In this document: one piece after another, positions 48,700-58,762 of the stretch
Position numbering within the stretch: position 1 is the stretch's first letter
Layout of the letters: each line of letters starts with the position of its first letter
From: Chiloscyllium plagiosum
Lineage: Eukaryota
Direction: 5' to 3'
Assembly: GCF_004010195.1 (NCBI RefSeq)
Contig: NC_057718.1
Coordinates: forward strand, 105,750,283-105,809,044
DNA length: 58,762 nt
Made by a program: the position numbers and the translations under genes
Notes under the pieces: model-generated
Told to the model about the DNA's origin: nothing
What the model saw: the letters and a program-made list of their open reading frames with translations, nothing else
Databases searched by the model: none

Positions 48700-49400
48700 A
48701 TAAATTCAAATTCTAACGTGTAACTCCAACTGTGAAAGCAACTGAATATTTATTAGAATCCCTGAAACATTAAAATCTGTTGCTGCATAACTATGGAACA
48801 TGCAATGTTGAAGTTCATTTAACCTAACCCTATGTCACTACTGAATGAGGTCTGCAGATTACGCACGTGATTATACAGGGCATTGGATTATCAGTCATAA
48901 ACCTATTAGAGTTAAACTTGGCCAGCGAGACCACCTTGTATCCACTGCACTTGGCTGGATTATCCTGCAGTAGAAGGTAAAGCTAGCCGAGTTAAACTAT
49001 AGAACTATCTTGGCCATCTGCACCGTCAACTAAAATACAAAGGCAGCTACTGTTTTAGGTGTTAACAATGACAGTTGGCCTGCCTCACAGTACGAGAAAT
49101 ACTTTCTGTAGTCCTCTAAAATAGCTTATTCAGCTACATCTGCCACATTTTAATTAATCACATTAATTGACCAAAGTAACAAAAAGCACTTAAAAAGAAC
49201 AAAGAACTCTAAGTGTGATAAAGCTAATCCAAGTTCTCTACCACATCGTGACAAACTATGCTGCTCTAATTAAATCAATGTAATTTGTATTTGAATAAAA
49301 ACTCACATATTCATTACTTTTCACAACAAAGAATTGAATAAATTCTTACATTGAACACTAAACTCGCAAACAGAACAATGTTTAAAGTGAACTTATTTGA
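48700..49400. promoter_or_regulatory. Candidate intronic enhancer (homeodomain/SOX motif cluster)
   Basis: GGATTA at 48885 and 48957, TAATCC at 49225, AGATTA 48856, CACGTG 48864, TAATTA/TAATTG 49151-49169, AACAATG 49064; no recognisable TE. Function is inferred. Confidence 0.4.
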
Positions 49401-49475
49401 AACGAAAAGCAAATGTGAGTTTTTTTATGCACTGTGATTTTATTATAATGTTAGACAACTAGTGACAGTATCAGC

Positions 49476-50840
49476 TACTGTCCGGTCAGAAACCGCAAGG
49501 TTACATCGATAGAAAACAAGACATGAGCTGCAACTGACAGGGTACCCTTCATTGTCCAGTACTTCCCAGGAGCTGAAACACTACGCCATGTTCTTTGCAG
49601 CCTGCAACACGTTATCAATGAGGATAGGCACCTTGCCAAGACCTTCCCCACACCTCCACTTCTCACCTTTAAACAACCACCAAACCTTGAACAGATCATT
49701 GCTCGCAGCAAACTGCCCGGCTTTCAGGACAACACCATACAACCCTGTCACAGTAGGCACTGCAAGATGTGTCAGACTGTCGACATGGATACCACCATTA
49801 CACATGGGGGTACCATGTATCATGCACACAGCAGGTACTCACGTGACTAGGCCAACGTTCTCTATCTCATACCTCAAGGATGCCCTGAGGCATGGTACAT
49901 TGGTGTGACCAAGCAGAGGCTACAGCAACTGATGAATGGACACTGCACAACAATCAATAGACAGGAGTGTCCGCTCCCAGTCGGAGAACACTTCAGCAGT
50001 CTGGGACATTCGACCTCAGACCTTCAGGTGACCATCCTCCAAGGTGGACTTCGGGACAGGCAACAACACAAAGTGGCCGAGCAGAGGCTGATAGCCAAGT
50101 TCGGTACCCATGGGATGGCCTCAACTGAGACCTTGGTTTCATGTCACATTGCAGGGGACCTCACTGTTCTACGCATTCTCTCACACATGCACACAAGCAC
50201 ACACGCGCACACACATACTCCTACAGATCCATACACTCAAGCAGACCCTCTCTCATATACAAGCTCTCTCTCATACGCTAACACATACACAAGCCCCACA
50301 CACACAGCCTCGCACGGACGTATACCCCTTTACATTCACACACACAGGCACACTCTCTCACAGACACTCATGCACACACACGTATATAAACGTTTGTGGA
50401 ACGAATTTGTACTTGCAAAATTACATTTTATTTTCCCCAAAAACTGCATGAATCCATGTAAGATTCAGTAAATAGAATCAGTCTGAACATTGGGGCACAG
50501 ACAGCCTCACACAGGGCACCTCACACCTTCAATGCATTATCTGGGCCGACATGGCACCAATTGTTAAAGTTCACTTGAGAATGCAACTTTAAAAACAATT
50601 TGGGAATTTACATGTGAAAGAACTGAAATCAACATAGTCATTCTAAAAGATGAGAGACTTAAACAATCCAGATCTTTTTCAATATATCATTTCAGTTGCA
50701 TCACACTGCAAACTTTTGCTATAAATTCTGTGTCTTACGAGCTTATACTCCACAACCACCTGAAGGAGCAGTGCTCCAAAAGCTAGCGCTTCCAAATAAA
50801 CCTGTTGGACTATAACCTGGTGTTGTGAGATTTTTAACTT
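49476..50840 (+). mobile_element. Neptune-type PLE 3' fragment (Cys-rich linker + GIY-YIG + pLTR of family A)
   Basis: RVPFIVQYFPG, FKQPPNL, PCHSRHCKMC, NVLYL...WYIGVTKQRL, PVGEHFS, AEQRLIAKFGTH; CA-rich 3' UTR; terminal ggactataacctggtgttgtgagatttttaac. Confidence 0.9.
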
Positions 50841-51199
50841 GGATAAAAGTAAACATTTTCAAATCTGTGCTCTTATTGTACCAAAATCAATTTTGCACCT
50901 GTCACATAAGCCATCCTGGAGACCTGCAAATTGTTCATTTAATGTGCTTAGCAGCTTGTGTTTTGTTTTGGCAAGGCTCATGGGGATTTGGTGCAAAATT
51001 AACAAATATATTACAGGACTCACAACCATTTGTCAGAAAACTGTCTAACAGTGGTCTAAGAGTTTAATAAACATATAATCAAGCAGCATTACTACAGGTA
51101 ATGCAGGTTCCTCTAGCTGAGTATTTCTGTTTGTTGTTTTCTTCCAGCAGCTGTTTTGTGGAAAGACATAAAAACAGACTGTAAAAGTTTCTATACAAA

Positions 51200-51715
51200 C
51201 ATACAAACTAGAAGCAGAAGCAAATCATCCAACCCCTGAAGCCTGCTCTGTCATTTAATAAGATCATAGCTGATCTCTGTGTTTTGAATTTCATACTGTC
51301 TTCTATCCCCAAAACCCTGGATTGTCTTAAACGTATGCAACGACCTTGCCTCTGTTGCATTTTGAGGCAGAGTGTTCCACAGAAGTCCAATCCTCAAAGA
51401 AAAAAAATCCCATCTCTGTCATAAAAGGGTTGATTCCTAATTTTAGAAGTGCCTTGTTGTCTGGACTCACCCGCAAAAGGAATCGTTTCCATGTTCACTT
51501 TTTCAAGATCATTCAGGATCTTACACATCAACTAAGTGATCCCTCACTTTTCTAAACTCTAATAGAAACAAGCTCAGTCTATCTAACCATCAGACAACCC
51601 AGTCATCCCAGGTATCAATCTATTAAAACTCCAGCAGCACATTTTCAGCTTTCCTCAAAAAAGGAGAGCAAAACTGCAGCCAGTATTCAAGATGTGGTCT
51701 CACCAATGCTCTACT
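51200..51715 (-). mobile_element. Old CR1 3' portion
   Basis: aagatcatagctgatc 3' UTR pattern; continues at ~52480-52650. Confidence 0.6.
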
Positions 51716-51726
51716 TAACCGAGTCA

Positions 51727-52480
51727 GAAATCACACAATACCAGTTTATAGTCTAATAAGTATATTTGGAAGTACTAGCTTTCAGAGTGCTGCTCCTTCA
51801 TCAGTGTTAGTGAGAAAGGAAGATATTAGACACAAAATTTATAAGGAAAAGTCTCACTAACACTTGATGAAGGAGCAGCACTCCGAAAAATAGTACTTCC
51901 AAATACACCTGTTGGACTATAACCTGGTGCTGTGTGATTTTTAACTTCGTCCACCCCAGTCCAACACAGGCACCAACACATCACAGAATTTATGGGCAGA
52001 GAAATCAAGGCCAGAGAGATCATAAGATCATACAAATGGTGTGAATAGAGTGTCGAATAATAAATCTGTACAGGTGACCAAGGGTGTTAGATGGTGCGAG
52101 TAAAAAGTATCAATAACTGGATAACAACATATAGTCTGATTAAATGAGGCAGAGAGATAATCCAAAATTGTACAAACTAATTAACTTGAGAGATCACAAT
52201 TTATCAACGTGATGGTGTCAAAACAGGACAATAAGGAAGATTTTACAGATACAGATCAGTGTGGTGAGATCACATGTAGCACGTCATGAACCCAAGATCA
52301 TGGTTGAGGCCATCTTCATAGGTTTGGAACTTGGCTATCAGTCTCTGTTTGGTGATTCTGCGTTGCTATGCATCTCGAAAGCTGCCTTGGAGGACAGTTA
52401 CCTGAAGATCAGAGGCTGAATGTCCTTGACCACTAAAGTGTTCCCCTCTGGGAGAACTCTTGTCTGATGATTGTTGCTGT
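51727..52480. mobile_element. Family A foldback (~51727-51985) followed by a minus-strand Neptune GIY-YIG C-terminal fragment
   Basis: Inverted arms with HHR motifs; the minus-strand core at 51773-51806 reads CUGAUGA-AGGAGCAGCACUCU-GAAA-GCUA. Reverse complement of 52280-52440 encodes EHFSGQGHSASDLQVTVLQG...LIAKF. Confidence 0.78.
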
Positions 52481-52739
52481 ATAACTGAAGCATAACATCT
52501 TTACCTTTATGTTCAATTCCTCTTACAATAAAGGATATCACCACATTAAACTTCTTGACTACATATTGTACTTGAACACTTTTTTTTAATGAATCATACA
52601 CATGAATACGCAAAGCTCTCTGCATTCTGATTTCCAGTAGAACTTGGGAGTAAATCAAGCAGGTGCTTTGTTCTTCATGGTTTTGAGCTTCTTGAGTATT
52701 ACTGGAGCAACACCCAGGCAAATGGACTGCACTGCATCA

Positions 52740-53250
52740 AATTCTTGACTTGTTCTCTTTAAATGATGGGTAGCCATTGGCAAATCAGGAGATGAGTTAC
52801 TTGCTTCAGAATTCTTACGTCTGACCTGCTGTTGTACCCTCGGTATTTAGATGACTAGTCCAGTTCAGTTTCTGGTCAAAGGTAACCACCAGGATGTTGA
52901 TAGTGGGAGATCAGCAATGATAATGCCACGGAATATCAAACGCCATCGTTTGGACTTTCTGCTTTTGGAGACAGTTGTTGCTTGGACTTGTGTGGTTCAA
53001 ACATTACATGCCACATATCAGCCCAAGCCTAGATGCTATCCAGGACATGCAGCAAATGCACATGGACCCTACCCTGAGGAACTCCTGCAGTGATGCCCTG
53101 AGACAGCGATGTTTGATCTCCAACAACCATCCTCATTTGTGCTAGATATGCCTCCAAACACCAGAGTTTACCCATTTTCCATTGCTTTGCTAGCACTCCT
53201 GAAGCCACACGGGCAAATGCTATTATGAATATGGGGCAGTCACTCTTTGC
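52740..53250 (-). mobile_element. Old CR1/L2-group RT fragment
   Basis: Similar to 23700-23960 and to the reverse complement of 56340-56560. Confidence 0.6.
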
Positions 53251-54309
53251 TAATGATCCGTCTTAGATCCCTTCCAATTGGATCCTTTAGTACTCCTCAT
53301 AGGACTGTAGATGTAAATCTCATTCACTTAAGAATATAATCAAGAAAAATACAAGTGATGAAATGGAGACAATTGATGACTTGAAAAGGACATTAGATAC
53401 GTACTTGAGGGAAATAAATCTGCAATACTCGGGGGATAGAACAAGGCAATGCGACTGACTGGATGACTCTATAAAAAGCCAGCATGGACTCAATATGCCA
53501 ACTAGTTTTCTTCAATGTGTAAAGGTTTTGATACTCCAGTGTAGTACTGAGGGAGTGCTTCACTGTCATTAAAGCCATTTTTCAGATGTGACAATAAAAA
53601 TACAGATGTCACTTACCAAAGTTTACAGAATCATTTTTCATATGTTTGATGTCTAGATTTAGAAAACCTCCTTCAAATGTGTGTGAGCATTTACACAGTT
53701 AATCAATCAAAACAATGCAATTTACCAGCACAAACCAATGGTCAGAAGTAGTCTAGCCAGGACCACCCTACTCATTAGAGTACAAAAACAGAAAACAATA
53801 GTAAAACCAAGCAGGGAAAACAATGACATGGTGGTGTCATTGCTGAACTTATAATTCAAAGACCCAGATAATGCTCTAGAGTCTTTGGGTCAAATCCCAC
53901 CATGGCGGTTGATGGAATTTGAATTCTGATCATGTCTAATAATGACTATGAAATAATTGTCCATTAATCAGAAAAATCCATCTGGTTTCCTAACTCCTTT
54001 AGGGGAATGACATTGGCTAACTAATACTCCAGACCCACAGCAATGTGGTTGACTCTGAACTGCCTTCTGAAATGGCCGAGCAAGCCACTCTGTTGTATCA
54101 ACCACTAGGAAGTCTCAAAAAAAGTAGAGACCAACCATTTGCATTGACTAAGTTTTTGAAAATGACAATGGCAAGAATAGCCTAGCCAACCCTGCAAATC
54201 CTTATTAACATCTCATGCCAAAATTGGAGGAGCTGTCTCAGAGACTAGTCAAGCAACAGCTCAACATAATCACATGCATGGAATCATACCTCATGAACAA
54301 TGCCCTGGA

Positions 54310-55780
54310 CATTAATTACTTAGATGTGAATGTAGACAATGTACATAACAAACAGCAAGGGTCTCAGTACCAATCCCTTTGGTAGACAGCTGGTCACAGG
54401 CTTCCAATCACAAAAGCAACTCTCCATCAACACCCTTTTCCTCCCATTTATAAGTCAATTTTGGATCCAGTTTGCCAATGTGCCTTGGATCCCATGGGCA
54501 CTTACCTCTTGGATCAGTCTTCTATGTGAGACCTTGTCTAAGCCAGTGTAAACTGAAGCAAATGTAAACCACATCAATTGTATTATTCTCATCGATACAT
54601 TTAGTCAACCATTCAAAAAACTCAATTAAGTTTGTTAGATAAGATCTCCCTCCAACAAATCTTTGTCGTCTATACTTGATTAATCCATGCCTTTCCAAGT
54701 CTTGATTAAGCCTGTCCCTCAGAATTGTTTCCAATAATTCTCCTGCAACTGACATCAGATTAACTGGCCTGTAATTATTTGGTCTATCCCTGCTGCCTTT
54801 TTGAGCAAAGCAAACACATGAGCTATCTCCAGTTATCTGGTACTTCACTTCAGGCCAGCAAAGTATTAAATATCTCTGCAAGATTCCCAGCAATTTCCTC
54901 TCTTGCTTCCTGTTGCAGCCTGGGATATATCTCATCAAACCCAGGGGATTTATTCACCAGTATGTCTGTTAAGTATTCAACACTTCCTTCTTATTATTCT
55001 TAATGATTCTAGAACCTCACCATCCAAACTGAAATCCACAGCTACAATGTTTTTCTCTCTTGTGAATCTCGATTAAAAACATTTAAGACCTCACCCACAC
55101 CCTCTGGCTCCATGCACAGGTTGCGCCTTTGATCTCTAATAGATCCTACTCTTCCCCTAGGAGAAAGTGAGGACTGCAGATGCTGGAGCTCAGAATTGAG
55201 AGTGTCATGCTGGAAAAACACAGGTCAGCCCTTCATTTCTGATGAACAGCTTATGCCCGAAACAGCGACTCTCCTGCTTCTTGGATGCTGCCTGACATGC
55301 TGTGCTTTTCCAGCACCACACTTGACCATACTGTTTCCCTGGTAATCCTCTTATTCTTAAGAGTTTGGCTTAATGCTATCTGCCAAAAATATTTCCTTTT
55401 TAAGCAACCTCCTACACCATACATTTGAAGGGCCACCCTTGTTTTTGAAGTGCTGACCTGACATATACTTCCTTCTTTTTCCTTTATCAAACTCTAGATA
55501 TCCCTTTACAACCAGGATTCCCTGAACTTGCTGTTCTTGCCCTTCAATCTTAAAGGAATTCACTAGCCCTGAATTCTTACTTTACTACTTTTAAAAGATT
55601 CTCACTTTCCAGTGCAGACCTACTTGTAAGTACTTGTGCCCAGTCAGTGTCTACCAGATCTGTCCAATGATATTGAAATTGTTTTCCTACAGTTTAGACA
55701 TTTAACTCTAAGTTTCAAAGTCATGATGGAAAAGGATAAGAATAGTGCAGAAGTTATGATCACTATTCCCAAAATTCTCA
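54310..55780 (-). mobile_element. Old CR1 ORF2 fragment
   Basis: NYRPVNLMSVAGELLETILRD, GRSYLTNLIEFFE. Confidence 0.8.
55160..55328. mobile_element. Family B PLE foldback remnant with decayed HHR
   Basis: ggagaaagtgaggactgcagatgctggag tail; gctggaaaaacaca / tgtgcttttccagc inverted; ctgatgaacagcttatgcccgaaacagc. Confidence 0.7.
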
Positions 55781-57939
55781 ATCATCAGTAAAGTGATAGA
55801 AGGTGTCATCAACAGTGCTATCAAACAGCACCTGCTCAGCAATGATCTGCTGAGTAATGCCCAGTTTGGGTTTTGCCAGGGCCAGTTATCTCCTGACCTT
55901 ATTACCGCCGTTGTTCAAACATGGACAAAAAAGCTGAATTCTAGAGGCAACTGCCCTGGACATCAAGGCTGGATTTGACACAGCGTGGTATCAAGAAGCC
56001 CGAGCACATTGGAATCAATGAGAGTCGAGGGAAATCTCTCCACTGGTTGAAGTCATACTTAGGACAAAGGAAGATGGTCGTGGGTGTTGGAGGTTAGTCA
56101 TCTCACCTCCAGGACATCTCTGTACAAGTTCCTCAGAGTAGTGTCCTCCGGCCAATCACTTTCAACTGCAATTGGTTGCACAATGTTCAGCACCGTTCAC
56201 CACTCCTCAGATACTGAAGCAGTCCATAGTCAAAACCTGTACAATATCGAGGCTTGGGCTGAAAAGTAGGAGAAAATTAGATCTGCAGATGCTGGAGATC
56301 AGAGTCAAGACTGTGGTGCTGAAGGTGGCAGATAACATAACTGACAGGCAATGATCATCTCTAACAAGCGGAAATCTAACCATCGCCGCTTGACATTTAA
56401 TGGCATTACTGTCACTGAATACTCTAATATCAACATTTTTAGGTTTACCATTGACCAAAGACTCAACTAAGCAAGCCATTTAAATACCGTGGCTACAAGA
56501 GCAGGTCACAGAGTAGAAATTTGGAGCGGGTAACTTACCTCCTGACTCCCCAAAGCCTGTCCGCTAAAAACAGGACACAAATCAGGAGTGTGTGGAATAC
56601 TCCCCACCTACTTGGATGAATGCAGCTCCAATACTAAAAAAATTTGACACCATCTAGGACAAAACAGCACACTTCATTGGCTCCACATCCACAGATATCA
56701 CTCACTCCATCATCGATGCTCAGTAGCAGCAATGTGTAACATTAACAAGATGCATGACAGAAATTCACCAAGGTTCCTTAGACAGCACCTTCCAAACACA
56801 TGAGCCCTCCTATCTAGAAGGACAATGGCAGCAAATACATAGGAACACCACCCCCTGCTATTCCCCTCCAAGCCACTCACCATTCTGATTTAGAAATATG
56901 TCACTATTCCTTTGGCGTCACTGGGTCAAAATTCTGGAATCCCCTTCATAACTGTATTGTGGGTCTACCTACAACACATGGACTCCAGCAGTTCACTACC
57001 ACCTTCTCAATGACAACTTGAGATGGGCAATAAATGCTGGCACAGCCAGCAACTCTACATCCAATGGGTGAATTAAAAAAGGTCAGACAGCATCTGAGAA
57101 AAGTGGAGCAGAGCTCATATTTCAGATTCGTGATTTTTCACAAGACAAAAGATCACAAGTCTGAAACCTTAACACTTTATCTCCATAGATTCCACCAGAT
57201 CTGTTGAACTTTTGTAGAAATTTGCGTTTGATTTCAGACTTTCAACATCCACAGTATTTTGTTTTCTATTCATTTGAGTATTATTGAGTACGCTGATGAA
57301 ATGTTATCTTAAGCAAATTGGAAAGAACGTGAACTCAGTGAGAGTTCTGCACTCCAGGCTGCATGTGTTCCAGATACTGATCAATCATTAACAGTCACCT
57401 GAAGTAACTGCCAACCTGCCTCAAGAGTTGGCTTATTTTGTCATCTTGAAGTAACTTTGACCTTAAAGAGAACTGAAGCATGAGGACTGCAATCTAATCT
57501 CAGAGTTCAGTTGAAAAATATGTCTGATTTTTGCTCTGATTGTTATGCGAACCTTTAATTTGATAACAATTCTGAAGTCATTCCCCCACTGATTACAAAT
57601 ATGCACCACAAAGCACTCTGCAACATGATTAACACTTGCTTTCAGGTTTTATTTTTATAAGGTGGTTGTGCTCCGATATCTTGCCAATTATTACATAACC
57701 AAAATATTGTGGTGCTATAAATCTGAAATGAAGCAGGAAATGCTGGAAATACTCAGCCAGCCAGGCTGATGGGCTGATTATTTCCAGCATTACTTTTATT
57801 TCACTGATCATTTCCATTTATGGTCGATAAACTGCAAACTTGTAGCCCTATTGTTGCTGGTTTCGAATTAAGATTCTCTTTTTTTGGCAACAGCAGCAGG
57901 ATTCTGCATTTTTGCACGAGCTTCTTGATCACATTTATA

Positions 57940-58762
57940 ACATAGAACAGTACAGCACAGAATAGGCCCTTCAGCCCACAATGTTGTGGCGACCATTGAT
58001 CCTCATGATTAGATTAGATTAGATTAGATTACTTACAGTGTGGAAACAGGCCCTTCGGCCCAACAAGATCCACACCGACCCGCCGAAGCGCAACCCACCC
58101 ATTCCCTACATTTACTCCTTTACCTAACACTACGGGCAATTTAGCATGGCCAATTCACCTGACCTGCACATCTTTGGACTGTGGGAGGAAACCGGAGCAC
58201 CCGGAGGAAACCCACGCAGACACGGGGAGAATGTGCAAACTCCACACAGTCAGTCGCCTGAGTCGGGAATTGAACCCGGGTCTCTGGCGCTGTGAGGCAG
58301 CAGTGCCACCGTGCCGCCCATGTAAGCACCCTCAAATTTCTGTGACCATATGCATGTCCAGTAGTCTTTTAAATGTCCCCAGTGACCTTGTTTCCACAAC
58401 TGCTGCTGGCAACGCATTCCATGCTCTCTCAACTCTCTGTGTAAACCCACCTCTGACATCCCCTCTATACTTTCCTCCAACCAGCTTAAAACTATGATCC
58501 CTCGTGTTAGCCATTTCTGCCCTGGGAAATAGTCTCTGGCTATCAACTCTATCTATGCCTCTCATTATCTTGTATACCTCAATTAGGTCCCCTCTCCTCC
58601 TCCTTTTCTCCAATGAAAAATGTCCGAGCTCAGTCAACGTCCCTTCATAAGATAAGCCCTCCAGTCCAGGCAGCATCCTGGTAAACCTCCTCTCAACCCT
58701 CTCCAAAGCATCCACATCTTTCCTATAATAGGGCGACCAGAACTGGACACAGTATTCCAAGT
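57940..58762 (-). mobile_element. CR1 3' portion running off the window, interrupted by an HE1 SINE
   Basis: 142-aa [24 protein letters not shown]...WNALP; tail acatagaacagtacagc at 57940. Confidence 0.92.
58008..58319 (-). mobile_element. HE1-type V-SINE, young full-length copy
   Basis: CpG-rich tRNA head, V-domain and (TCTAA)n tail, inserted in a CR1 3' UTR. Confidence 0.92.

Larger units (their letters stand above)
53825..57075 (+). mobile_element. Old CR1/L2-group element (5' part ~53825-54310, RT-3' part ~55780-57075) split by a CR1 insertion
   Basis: IEGVINSAIKQHLLSNDLLSNAQFGFCQG RT motif; 3' end gggcaataaatgctggc...tgaattaaaaaa. Confidence 0.65.

Noticed and set aside
50180..50385. 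His/Thr-rich ORFs
   Set aside because: They are translations of the CA-rich 3' UTR of the Neptune element.
5660..55270. Selective inactivation of hammerheads on the EHBP1 sense strand
   Set aside because: Mutated and intact cores occur on both strands (intact minus: 44990, 51773; mutated plus: ~5707, ~46848, ~50760). Several changes fit CpG decay, so no bias is evident.
106..58760. The many 60-235 aa ORFs in the supplied track as independent genes
   Set aside because: They are frameshifted CR1 or PLE fragments, antisense frames of these, SINE read-throughs or AT-rich noise. Only the ORFs overlapping EHBP1 exons (34301-34531, 21981-22211) contain host coding sequence.
36000..58762. Upstream EHBP1 exon (DPHAEEFEDKEWTFVIEN-like) and, at the other end, the exon after 6059
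   Set aside because: I could not find them by eye; they probably lie outside the window. tBLASTn would confirm.

Overview
This is eukaryotic genomic DNA, almost certainly from a shark or other elasmobranch, judged by HE1-type V-SINEs with (TTAGA)n tails, dense CR1 LINEs and Penelope-like elements (PLEs). The whole window appears to lie inside the EHBP1 gene on the minus strand. Four coding exons are readable: 35739-35920, 34375-34514, 22040-22144 (the 105-nt cassette exon) and 6059-6190. They splice in frame and encode the end of the NT-C2 domain, the acidic linker and the first NPF region. The introns are mostly decayed transposons: many CR1 copies, HE1 SINEs, Rex/Babar fragments, a Tc1/mariner MITE, solo-LTR-like sequences and PLEs of Poseidon and Neptune type. 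Four structures stand out. (i) A population of small PLE-derived mobile units carrying hammerhead ribozyme (HHR) motifs, including two ~93-bp ribozyme-only insertions with clean TSDs and a 556-bp foldback element with a 15-bp TSD. (ii) Two related non-coding elements inserted in tandem at the TATA-like site of a solo LTR, each preceded by a copy of the LTR target segment. (iii) TE-free intronic blocks with clustered OTX/K50-homeodomain, SOX and TCF motifs, candidate OTX1 enhancers. (iv) An NPF-to-DPF change in EHBP1. Nearly all ORFs in the supplied track are TE fragments or noise. Exon and TSD coordinates were counted base by base; decayed-TE boundaries are approximate and family names come from recalled motifs, not database searches.
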